DNA of 27,281 nucleotides, taken from positions 1-27,281 of IMG/VR virus record IMGVR_UViG_3300037243_000006. One strand, 5' to 3'. A program made the translations under genes and the position numbers. Source of the stretch: a virus. Lineage: Duplodnaviria; Caudoviricetes. The notes beneath the pieces are model-generated. The model made no database searches, had not been told where the DNA came from, and was given only the letters and a program-made list of their open reading frames with translations. Of this stretch, positions 16,891 to 24,804 are shown piece by piece. Numbering within the stretch: the first letter of the stretch is position 1; each line of letters begins with the position of its first letter.

Positions 16891-17760
16891 TTAGCCCAGA
16901 GCGGGCATGTTGGGGTAGCGTTCGGAAAGGGTCTTGGTGAGCGCGGCGTCCTGCCCGAAGCGCGGGGCCGGCTTGAGCTTTGCGTCCTCGGCCACCAGGA
17001 GCGCGTTGAAGACGTGCTTGAGGGAAGACTTCGGCATGGCCGAATAGTCAACCTTCTTTGCCTTCAGCCCCATGGCGTAGATATCCGCTGCGGAGTCGCA
17101 AGCGAGCACGTTCACCTCTCCGACGACGGACTTAACGGCGGCGGCGGCTTCATAGAGCGCCTGCAAACGCTGCATGGTGGCGTCGGAGGCGATCCTGGAG
17201 ATGGCTGCGTCGTGCGCTTCTTCATCCTTGGCGCACGCCTTGTCCTTGGCCTTCTTCTTGTCCTTGGCCTTCTTCTCGTCTTCCTCGCTCTCGTCGCCAC
17301 TTTCGGCGTCGTCCTCGTCTTCCTCGCTGGCGTCGTCCTCCTTCTTGTCCTTGGCCTTCTTCTTGTCCTTGGCCTCCTGCATCTTTTCCTTCATCTTTTC
17401 GGCGTTCTTGCGCAGAGCGGGGGGAAGAACGTCGTTAGAGTCGGAGTCGGAGTCGTCGTCGTCGTCCTCAGCTTCGTTCTCGTCCTGCGCCAGTTCGAGA
17501 GGAGATAGCGCGAGGAGCACCCTGCGGAGATCATCGAGCTTCTGGTCCTGCGCGAGACGCTTGCCGAAGCGTTCGTTGACGGTGCCAATGATGCCGTCGA
17601 TCTGACGATCGTAGCGCGCAGGCACGATGCTCTTGCAGACGCTTTCAAGCTCGGTGGCCTGGAGAGTCTGGTCCTCAGCCATCTTGGGCGTGAGGAAAGT
17701 TGCGAGAGCGCCCATGACCCGGTGCCCCTGAGTGGAAAGTTTGTTGACAGTCTTGGCCAC
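16891..17760 (-). CDS. Capsid scaffolding protein
   Basis: GTG start with an AAGGAGG RBS. Acidic/lysine low-complexity core, C-terminal V...VGEV..LACDSAADIY..GL, and about 15 [A/G]-x-D motifs. Confidence 0.8.
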   Translation of the reverse strand: MAKTVNKLSTQGHRVMGALATFLTPKMAEDQTLQATELESVCKSIVPARYDRQIDGIIGTVNERFGKRLAQDQKLDDLRRVLLALSPLELAQDENEAEDDDDDSDSDSNDVLPPALRKNAEKMKEKMQEAKDKKKAKDKKEDDASEEDEDDAESGDESEEDEKKAKDKKKAKDKACAKDEEAHDAAISRIASDATMQRLQALYEAAAAVKSVVGEVNVLACDSAADIYAMGLKAKKVDYSAMPKSSLKHVFNALLVAEDAKLKPAPRFGQDAALTKTLSERYPNMPALG

Positions 17761-17784
17761 GTTGGCCTCCTTGTGTTCCTGGGT

Positions 17785-18888
17785 TTACTTGCTCTCGGCA
17801 GATTCACCGATCTTGAACTTCCGCTTCGCCGCGCGTATGCGCTTATCGATGATCGTCTGGTCCTCCTTTGGATACTTGGCCCGGTTCTTGGGTATTCCGA
17901 AATAACTTGCAGCCGACGCAGCGTGCGCGGGCGTGTCGATGGGATACTTCTTGTTCTTTGAATCGGCGAATTGAACGGAGCCGTACTTCTCCTTGCCTTC
18001 TTCCGGGTTCACGCCCTTGCGCTTGGCGGTGTCCTTCGCTTCTATCTTGTTTTTCAACTCCTTGTCCTGTTCCTCACCCTCGTGTTTCAGAACGCCCTTG
18101 CTTGCCGGCTTCTCAAGCTCCGCCACCAAGCGCACATGCTCCTGCTTGGCTTCCTTGCGCGGCATTGTGTAGGTCTTCACCGGATCGATCGTAACGGAGC
18201 CGCCCGCATCAAGACCCATGGCACGCCGAACCTTCACGGCGTAATAGTCGCTGCCGATAGCGATGCTAATTCGTTGCACGTCGCATGGCTTCAAGACGGC
18301 GCACTCAGCCATCTTCGCATCCATCACCTTCACGTCGTGTCCTGCACGTCCCTCGGGAACGAGCGAAACGTGGTTGCCCTTAATGTTCGTCATGATGCCG
18401 TCGTACACCTCTCCGTTGTAGACGCCGGGCGTCATCACGGGCTTGTACTGGTAAGCGCAAGACAGTTCGTGCTTCTTCTTGGCCTCCACATCGTTGATGG
18501 CCGACTGGGTGAAGATGACCAGCGAGTTATCCAGAAACCCGTCATCGAACGCGGCATCAGTGCCAGTGGAGCCCACCAGATGCTCCTTGATCTTCGGGTC
18601 GTCCAGATTGAACGACGAGAGCGGGATATGTTTGTCCATCAGCGGCAGATTGTCAAACGTAGGCGCGGCCTTCTTCAGTTCATCGGGATCGCGGAAAAGC
18701 TTGTACACCTTGTCCGGGATTAGCCCAAGGTCGGCCGCGCCAGGGATCTCCTTGCCATAGTACGGGTTCACGGTAGCTCTGGAAATGTGCGACTCAGAAA
18801 CGTGGAGGTAGCCGTTGTCGTCCTTGCGGCGCACAGAGCCGGAAGCGGCAGTGAAATCCATTTTGTCGAATGCGAGCATGGTCGCCAT
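17785..18888 (-). CDS. DUF2213-type putative prohead protease with C-terminal accessory modules
   Basis: Motifs SVR..D.NG.LHV, ISRATVNPYYGKEIP, LFRDPDEL, ELSCAY (candidate catalytic Ser) and GNHVSLVPEGRAG. The protease role is inferred from position and motifs. Confidence 0.87.
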   Translation of the reverse strand: MATMLAFDKMDFTAASGSVRRKDDNGYLHVSESHISRATVNPYYGKEIPGAADLGLIPDKVYKLFRDPDELKKAAPTFDNLPLMDKHIPLSSFNLDDPKIKEHLVGSTGTDAAFDDGFLDNSLVIFTQSAINDVEAKKKHELSCAYQYKPVMTPGVYNGEVYDGIMTNIKGNHVSLVPEGRAGHDVKVMDAKMAECAVLKPCDVQRISIAIGSDYYAVKVRRAMGLDAGGSVTIDPVKTYTMPRKEAKQEHVRLVAELEKPASKGVLKHEGEEQDKELKNKIEAKDTAKRKGVNPEEGKEKYGSVQFADSKNKKYPIDTPAHAASAASYFGIPKNRAKYPKEDQTIIDKRIRAAKRKFKIGESAESK

Positions 18889-18906
18889 GGCTGCCCCTTA
18901 TCTCTG

Positions 18907-19239
18907 CTACTGTGCAATCACGACCGAAGTCGTCGTGGGCGCAGGTGTGCCAATGTCCTCCGACACAGGCGCGGGAACGAGTGCGGACGCGAGCACCGGT
19001 TCGTCGGGAAGCGGCACGGCCGAATCGAACTTCGGCACACCGTTGGAGGGATCGAAGGAAAGCAGCGTGGCAGTGCCATCGGCGTTGATGCCGAAGTACG
19101 TCTTGCTCCTGTCGATGCCTGCGATGTTCTTCTCCTCAACATCGAAAACCGCCTTGAGCGGAGTGAGTTGCGCGAAGATGGCGTGCGCCTGTTCGACATT
19201 TGCCTTCAAAGCGTTTACGGAGTCCAAAAGAACTGACAT
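18907..19239 (-). CDS. Hypothetical protein (110 aa)
   Basis: ATG 19239 with a GGAGG RBS, starting MSVLLDSVNALK. Fills the gap in the operon. Confidence 0.65.
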   Translation of the reverse strand: MSVLLDSVNALKANVEQAHAIFAQLTPLKAVFDVEEKNIAGIDRSKTYFGINADGTATLLSFDPSNGVPKFDSAVPLPDEPVLASALVPAPVSEDIGTPAPTTTSVVIAQ

Positions 19240-19247
19240 GTTGCCTC

Positions 19248-19481
19248 CTATTTTCCAGCGGCTTTGAGCTGGATTGCGGTTGCGAGGTGGATCGCGGCTT
19301 GCGCGGTGTGCACGGCCACTTTTGCGGAGGGGGTGCCCACGGTATTCCACGCTGCTGCGGCGGAGTTGTGCGCGGCATTGCCGGCAAAGTGTAGCTGAGA
19401 AGTGTTCAAGACATTGGCCTGGAGTGTGATGGCGTCCGCGTTGGCGGATGCGATGATTGCAGCGTCTTGCTGTGCAGACAT
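19248..19481 (-). CDS. Small His/Ala-rich helical protein
   Basis: GGAGG RBS, 77 aa, with an HxxxxxxH periodicity like that of the portal C-terminal extension. Confidence 0.65.
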   Translation of the reverse strand: MSAQQDAAIIASANADAITLQANVLNTSQLHFAGNAAHNSAAAAWNTVGTPSAKVAVHTAQAAIHLATAIQLKAAGK

Positions 19482-19491
19482 GTTGTGCCTC

Positions 19492-21522
19492 CTAGGTTTT
19501 CTCGTAGCCCGGTATCACGGTTTCGTCCATACACCCACAGTTGGGCTCTGTTCCGGGCCAGATGTTTTCGCCCGCTTCCTCACTATACATGCCTTCCTCA
19601 ATACTGTATGATTCGCCGTCAAAATCAATGTGCTCCTCACGCGGATGAAGGGAGGCGGTGTGTCGCCAGATTGCAGTATCCAGTCCAAGGTCCAGTCGCC
19701 GCGCTCTGCCGAACATGACGGTCATCTTATTGTTCTGGTCACGTGCAATGAACGACGCACGCCGGAGCGTGATGTCGAACTCGTCCTGGAGATCTTTGGT
19801 AAAGCCTACTATGTCACGCCCATTCTCGATGCTCTTCCAAGCCATGCGCTTGATGCGTTTGTGGAACTGCTCTGGGATGGAGTGAATGAGCGCCACGTTC
19901 TCATCGATGTGCGCCTGCGCCGTGGCTCTCAGCCGTTCCGTGAAATCGAACTTGACGCGGAACTCTTTCTTGAAATCCTTCTTAGCATCCATGCCAAGCG
20001 TGACGGTGCGTTTGCCGTCCTGACTCTCTAGCGTGAAAATCCCTGCCGGTGCGCCTTTCAGGAAAACCGGTATTGTGGAATAGCCCATTTCGCGGAGCAC
20101 CATGGCCCGGTGCCTGCCCTCATGGCCCACCACCTTGTCGTCCACGATGGCCAAGTGCGGAGTAGACGCGAACTTTTCACCGCGCGCCAATGTCGCCCGC
20201 ACACGCCCAAGCTTCTCCGGCACGCCTCCAGGAGTCGTGGTGGGGAGTGCCAGCGCAAGGAACTGCTCGATGGGCATCTCGACCGTGCCGGGGAGCTTCG
20301 CGGGATTGAAATGCGTAGCTGAGGATGGGGAAGCATCAACAGCCAAGTGCTTGGACTTCTGCACACCCATTACAGCTTTGTGGTATTCATCCCACACTGG
20401 GGAGTATTTCGAGCTTCTCAGGCGCGTCTTAGCTGCGTCCTGCGAATGCGTCTCCGCGAATGCTTCGTGGAAAGCTTGGTACCACGTTGCCCGCTTCTCT
20501 CGCGCAGCAGTTTGCCAGGCTTGCGCGTACGCCGTGACCCCCGCCCCCTCGCGCAGATCGTAGCTGTGCCCCTCGATAAATGGCTGAAGCGCTCGCACAG
20601 TTGGGTACCACTCTTCCGCACCATTGCGCGGCAGCCCTTCCGGGGATAGCGTTCCTGTAAGTCGTTCCGTGGTCATACGCGGATCTTTTACCATCCTGAG
20701 GTACTCTTCCTCGTAGAGTTTGCGCACACCCTCATAGATGATGTGCCCGGATTCATGCCCTAAGATCAGCGCCATGGAGCGCTCCTCCATACCAGCGCAC
20801 ACCTTGGCACAAACGTAAATCCTCGGATCTTCAGAACGTATTGTGGCCCACCCAGTCGCGCCGCTCATGAACTCGGGAAGGCTCTGCCCGGTAAACTCCT
20901 CGTAACTTTGGTCTGAGATGATGACGCGATCCGGGTTCACGCCGACGCTCGGGGCCACACGCTGCACAAGATTGTGCACGGTAGCGTGATCCATTTCCGC
21001 CGCGCTCATTCCCGGCTTGAACAGGATCATGCCGCGAAGCATTCGGAACTTGTTTCCCTCCGGAGAGGTCCAGGAATCAGGCTTGGGCGGGGCTTCTTGG
21101 CCACCGATGCCGCCGGTGTAGCGATTGCCCCGGAAGCCGTGCCCCGGAAGATCGCCGTCCATCGCGGGTTTAGGAATGCCGATACCTGCTTTGGTGAGCG
21201 CGTCCGCGAACGAGATGTCCCAGTATTCCAGAACGCGCTTCGTGATACCGCGCGCGAGTGCAGGGGCGGCTTCGGCGAACTTCCGCCGCCACTTGTCCTC
21301 GATTTCCGCAAGCTCGTACTTCACCTCACCGTGCGGGAACGTCATGAAGAGCGTGGGCTGCGGTGCACTGCGCCATATTGGAAGAAGCGCTTTCGCCACG
21401 TCCTCACACATGGGCTCGATCAGCTTGCTCAACTCGGTTTCATACCACGCCTTCAGCGCAGCACTGGGCTGCACGGGGCGGATGCGAACCGGATTGGGGC
21501 CGGGTGCCCGAAGCGTAATCAT
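19492..21522 (-). CDS. MuF / SPP1 gp7-like head morphogenesis protein with internal HExxH metallopeptidase and ParB-like domains
   Basis: C-terminal ENVALIHSIP...RRASFIARDQNNK...W.H...PR..H...DG...PG.EPNCGC is the MuF core. HESGH lies at 20743-20757 and GHEGRHR at 20107-20127. Start at ATG 21522 (MITLRAP) beside the upstream stop. Confidence 0.88.
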   Translation of the reverse strand: MITLRAPGPNPVRIRPVQPSAALKAWYETELSKLIEPMCEDVAKALLPIWRSAPQPTLFMTFPHGEVKYELAEIEDKWRRKFAEAAPALARGITKRVLEYWDISFADALTKAGIGIPKPAMDGDLPGHGFRGNRYTGGIGGQEAPPKPDSWTSPEGNKFRMLRGMILFKPGMSAAEMDHATVHNLVQRVAPSVGVNPDRVIISDQSYEEFTGQSLPEFMSGATGWATIRSEDPRIYVCAKVCAGMEERSMALILGHESGHIIYEGVRKLYEEEYLRMVKDPRMTTERLTGTLSPEGLPRNGAEEWYPTVRALQPFIEGHSYDLREGAGVTAYAQAWQTAAREKRATWYQAFHEAFAETHSQDAAKTRLRSSKYSPVWDEYHKAVMGVQKSKHLAVDASPSSATHFNPAKLPGTVEMPIEQFLALALPTTTPGGVPEKLGRVRATLARGEKFASTPHLAIVDDKVVGHEGRHRAMVLREMGYSTIPVFLKGAPAGIFTLESQDGKRTVTLGMDAKKDFKKEFRVKFDFTERLRATAQAHIDENVALIHSIPEQFHKRIKRMAWKSIENGRDIVGFTKDLQDEFDITLRRASFIARDQNNKMTVMFGRARRLDLGLDTAIWRHTASLHPREEHIDFDGESYSIEEGMYSEEAGENIWPGTEPNCGCMDETVIPGYEKT

Positions 21523-21523
21523 C

Positions 21524-21757
21524 TCACTGCCCGTCCCCATCAGCGGCAGAGCCTCCGTCCGTACCGTCCACCACACCGGTAACGGGATCGACGGCCTCAG
21601 TGGGAACATCAGAGGCCGGCAATGACACGCCCACCAGCGTTGCCACGCCGAAACACGGCGCATCGTTCAGGCAGAGATGCGCGAACGAGCCCGAAACAAC
21701 GTTCGTACTCGGGATGTTCACCGTTCTATTGCAGCAAGTGAAAAGGTACTGTCCCAT
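21524..21757 (-). CDS. Small Cys-containing hypothetical protein
   Basis: ATG 21757 with a TAAGGAG RBS. Sequence MGQYLFTCCN...HLCLNDAPC followed by an acidic tail. Confidence 0.6.
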   Translation of the reverse strand: MGQYLFTCCNRTVNIPSTNVVSGSFAHLCLNDAPCFGVATLVGVSLPASDVPTEAVDPVTGVVDGTDGGSAADGDGQ

Positions 21758-21767
21758 GGCGCGCTCC

Positions 21768-22109
21768 TTAGAAGGAATAGTACACGGTGCGAAGATCACC
21801 GGTCTGCGTAGTCACAGCACCGGCGGTGATAGAGGTAACGGTGAAACTGACTCCCGCGACAATCGCGGTTATGGTAAGGTCGCCCGTGGCGGTGGAAGAA
21901 TTGAGCGCACCTCCTGAGAGAGTGATGCTGCTCCCGGCGACCACGTTTGCATTTGTGATGATCACGGTTCCGGCGACGAGCGTAGCCGACCCCTGATTCA
22001 TCACGGCCGCTTTGACGGACGTGGCGCTGATCTGCGTACCAGTGATCGAGCCGTTCGCAATCTGTGCGCCGGTGATTGAAATTGATGCGCGCGAGGCGAG
22101 CGTAGCCAT
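21768..22109 (-). CDS. Small fibre/decoration-like virion protein
   Basis: ITGAQIANGSITGTQI repeats followed by a GSATLVAGTV...SFTVTS beta domain, recalled from fibre C-termini. Confidence 0.7.
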   Translation of the reverse strand: MATLASRASISITGAQIANGSITGTQISATSVKAAVMNQGSATLVAGTVIITNANVVAGSSITLSGGALNSSTATGDLTITAIVAGVSFTVTSITAGAVTTQTGDLRTVYYSF

Positions 22110-22110
22110 C

Positions 22111-22437
22111 TCAGAACCCCACTGCTACGATGACGGCGGCAGAGACACCCGCGATGGCGGTGACGTTGGCCATGTACTGCGTATAGCCAACGGGGAACTG
22201 TGGCGTGAACGAGTCCGCGCCGAGCGCGCCGGAAGGACTCAGAGTACCGAGCAAAGTCCACGCAAGCCCTGTGACGGAGCCGAAGACCTGCACGGTGGCG
22301 CTCGGCGTCACGGTGTTGGAAAGCACGGCCTCGAACGTCGGCGACTTGCCCTGCACCTGATTGCCCGAAATGATGAACAGACAAGCACCCGTGGCGGTCT
22401 GCCCCGTTGCTGGAGTGAGATACTGTGCGTTGCTCAA
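22111..22437 (-). CDS. Small beta-sandwich hypothetical virion protein
   Basis: TTG start overlaps the portal stop and has a GGAGG RBS. Pattern ATVQVFGS..G..W..LGTL...Y.ANVTAI.G. Confidence 0.65.
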   Translation of the reverse strand: MSNAQYLTPATGQTATGACLFIISGNQVQGKSPTFEAVLSNTVTPSATVQVFGSVTGLAWTLLGTLSPSGALGADSFTPQFPVGYTQYMANVTAIAGVSAAVIVAVGF

Positions 22438-24464
22438 AGGGTAGCCTCCTCGGGTTGGGGTGCGGATTCCATTGTGTGAAGTGCGACCGCCGCCTCATGT
22501 GCATCCATGTAGCTCTGGTGCACGTGCGCCACGATCTGATTCGGCGCAGTTTCGATAGCGCGCTGGTGAGCATTGAACGCGCGCTGGTGGGCGATTCGAG
22601 CGCGGACGTGAGAACTTGGGAAGCCGTTCTTCTTGGCGAGATTCGTCGCACGCATTGCGATACCGGAGTGCTGCATGGCAGCGGTGGAAGGGTCCCGGCT
22701 GATACCGCCGACGTGTTGGTTGCCGTTGAACATTCCGGCGTCCATGGCCACACTGCTGGCATCGCGGAGCATCATGTCCACGGCGGAACGAAGAAGGGCG
22801 CTATCCTTGCCCTCTGTCCCGGCGTTGTTATCCGGCGTTCCCTCGGTCTGGTTCGTGTTGCCGTTTTCCTCGGCTCTGTCCGGATTGGCGTTGTTGTTTG
22901 TTGGCGAGCTTCCGCCCTCCTTAGCCTGTGGAGTAGCGGATGCGGTGATGCGCTTGCCGTCCGGCTTGTCCACGTCGAGCATGTCGTAGCCGGAGTCCGG
23001 ATCACCGGCAACCTTCCGCCTAACCTCAGTGTTCGACACGACGCCAGCCGTGATGTACGCCACGTCCGTAGCGCCATTGGCAGTGCGGATCTGTGAGCGC
23101 TCCTTTTCGGTCATGGAAACAAGGTCCGGGAAGTCGAAAGAGATGTCGTCGTAGACCCTCCCGTACCGATTGCACATGAGGATCTTGATAATGGCTTCCA
23201 GCACCTCACGAAGCAAAAGCTCCTGTTGGTTGTTTATGTGATTGTTGAAAATGGTGATGTCTGATTCGGCTGTGGTAGTCAAGCCGGATGGGGAGAGTCC
23301 GAACATGACGGAAAGCGGAGTCTTAGCTACCGTGGCCATGTGCTCCTGCGCCTGCGCCAGAAGTTCTTTCAAGCCACCAAGCGGAGTATCGACCTTGCCG
23401 AACTCCTCGGTGTCCTTGTCCATCATGAAAACGCCCTGGTTATTCTGTACGGCGGTGAAGTACAGAAGGCGCTTCTTGAAAAGCTCGTAGTTCTGTCCCT
23501 GGAGAATGCCCTCCATGTCCGTCTTGAAAACGGAAGTGGAGAAGTTCTTCATGAGCCGGCCAACTGAGTCCCGCGCCGTCAGGAAGTAGTCCACATACGG
23601 CTGGCCAAGCTGGCTCAAACTCATTCCTGAGAAGTTGTAGACCGGCTTCAAGAGATCAGGCAGAGGACGGCCAATGACCGTCAGCAACCTGCTGGCGTGG
23701 ACCTTCTTCGCGTAGACCCACCACGACTCCGGCACGTAGTACGTGGGAGAGAGTGGGTCGTCGGCATTGTAGTCTGCCGGGTATGTGGTGATCGGCTCGA
23801 TGCCCTTGAATCCCTTGAGCGAATTCTTCTTGATCTTCTGTGGAGTGATGAGAAGCGGAAGGGTAAGCTCCTCATCCTTGTCGCCGAAGTCCGGGAAGAG
23901 TTGCGCGCGGCCCATGTAGCCGTCGAACTTCACCAGCCAGTTGCACCACTCCTTGATGTGGAACCGCCGAAGGTCCGCTTCGATCCCAGAGATCACGTCA
24001 TCGCGGCTGTGCTTGCCATCGCTGTGGAGCTTGATGAACTTCCGTGTCATCTCGTTTGCGGCGGTGTCGGCGATGTCCCGAAACTCGGAGATCTGTGTCA
24101 ACTCGGTGAGATATGGGAACCCCGGGAAGCCGCCGCTCTGAAACATAGGCGCAGCGCCCTTCTGCCCATAGAACGGTGCGAGCATGTCGTCCATTGCCAC
24201 GATGTCCTGCTCGCTGCACACGATGTCCTTGAACGGAGGAGTGTAGGGCCGCACGTCGAACTTGGGACGCGGAAGGCTGGACCTGATCGCGTTGGGGCCA
24301 ACGTCCACCATGGCCGAAGCGATGGCCACGTCGCTTATCTCGCGCTTGTATTGCCGGTGTGCAGCCTGCACATGCTCGCGCTGCTCCTCGCGCCGACGAT
24401 CAAGGGCGCGGAGATCAGCGTGGTACTTCAGTTGCTTGGTCGCCCAGCCCCAGGGATTGATCAT
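22434..24464 (-). CDS. Portal protein (DUF1073-like) with C-terminal extension
   Basis: Motifs FPGFPYL.EL.Q..EFR, YNADDPL...YY.P..W.V...VHASRLL, LPDLLKPVYNFSGMSLSQL, QAQEHMA and G.SPSGL. Start at ATG 24464 via an ATGA overlap. Confidence 0.93.
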   Translation of the reverse strand: MINPWGWATKQLKYHADLRALDRRREEQREHVQAAHRQYKREISDVAIASAMVDVGPNAIRSSLPRPKFDVRPYTPPFKDIVCSEQDIVAMDDMLAPFYGQKGAAPMFQSGGFPGFPYLTELTQISEFRDIADTAANEMTRKFIKLHSDGKHSRDDVISGIEADLRRFHIKEWCNWLVKFDGYMGRAQLFPDFGDKDEELTLPLLITPQKIKKNSLKGFKGIEPITTYPADYNADDPLSPTYYVPESWWVYAKKVHASRLLTVIGRPLPDLLKPVYNFSGMSLSQLGQPYVDYFLTARDSVGRLMKNFSTSVFKTDMEGILQGQNYELFKKRLLYFTAVQNNQGVFMMDKDTEEFGKVDTPLGGLKELLAQAQEHMATVAKTPLSVMFGLSPSGLTTTAESDITIFNNHINNQQELLLREVLEAIIKILMCNRYGRVYDDISFDFPDLVSMTEKERSQIRTANGATDVAYITAGVVSNTEVRRKVAGDPDSGYDMLDVDKPDGKRITASATPQAKEGGSSPTNNNANPDRAEENGNTNQTEGTPDNNAGTEGKDSALLRSAVDMMLRDASSVAMDAGMFNGNQHVGGISRDPSTAAMQHSGIAMRATNLAKKNGFPSSHVRARIAHQRAFNAHQRAIETAPNQIVAHVHQSYMDAHEAAVALHTMESAPQPEEATL

Positions 24465-24634
24465 TTCGTTTCCTTCGCCATGTCCGGAACCACGCGGGCG
24501 ATGACGCACTCGCCATCGTCAAAGAGAAGCTTGCAGAGGCAGTCTCCGCCAGTGCTGGAGGGCATCAGCGGTGCCCAGGAGCCGGAGCGTTTGCCGATAG
24601 TGAAGCGCCTGACTTCTAGCATGCCTTCGCTCAT
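24461..24634 (-). CDS. 57-aa hypothetical protein (not in track)
   Basis: GGGAG RBS. Sequence MSEGMLEVRRFTIGKRSGSWAPLMPSSTGGDCLCKLLFDDGECVIARVVPDMAKETK, with ATGA overlaps at both ends. Confidence 0.65.
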   Translation of the reverse strand: MSEGMLEVRRFTIGKRSGSWAPLMPSSTGGDCLCKLLFDDGECVIARVVPDMAKETK

Positions 24635-24804
24635 AACATTACTCCCTTCTTCGCTGGTACGTAATCTACGGCCACATGGTTAAAACCATCTTTCGATTGT
24701 GCTACCGAAGTAACTTTGCAGGTGCCACCAGGGGCATCGCCATCCAAAACGATGTGGCCGCGAAGATCGGCGGGAAGGGTGGTGGAGCCACGAATATCTT
24801 TCAT
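24631..24804 (-). CDS. 57-aa hypothetical protein (not in track)
   Basis: Sequence MKDIRGSTTLPADLRGHIVLDGDAPGGTCKVTSVAQSKDGFNHVAVDYVPAKKGVML, with ATGA overlaps to the terL stop and the next start. Confidence 0.65.
   Translation of the reverse strand: MKDIRGSTTLPADLRGHIVLDGDAPGGTCKVTSVAQSKDGFNHVAVDYVPAKKGVML

Noticed and set aside
17235-17380. Repeated CTTCTTGTCCTTGGC units resembling a CRISPR or DNA repeat array
   Set aside because: They encode the KKAKD repeats of the scaffold, with no unique spacers of regular length and no cas genes.
21523-21663. Track N-terminal extensions of MuF (also portal, DUF2612, chaperone, neck protein and terL)
   Set aside because: They overlap upstream genes. 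Downstream ATGs with an RBS or stop/start overlaps fit better.
23697-24683. Long plus-strand ORFs (328 aa here; also 17971-18723, 16861-17508, 22425-23096)
   Set aside because: They are antisense shadows of well-supported minus-strand genes in GC-rich DNA and contain no recognisable motifs.
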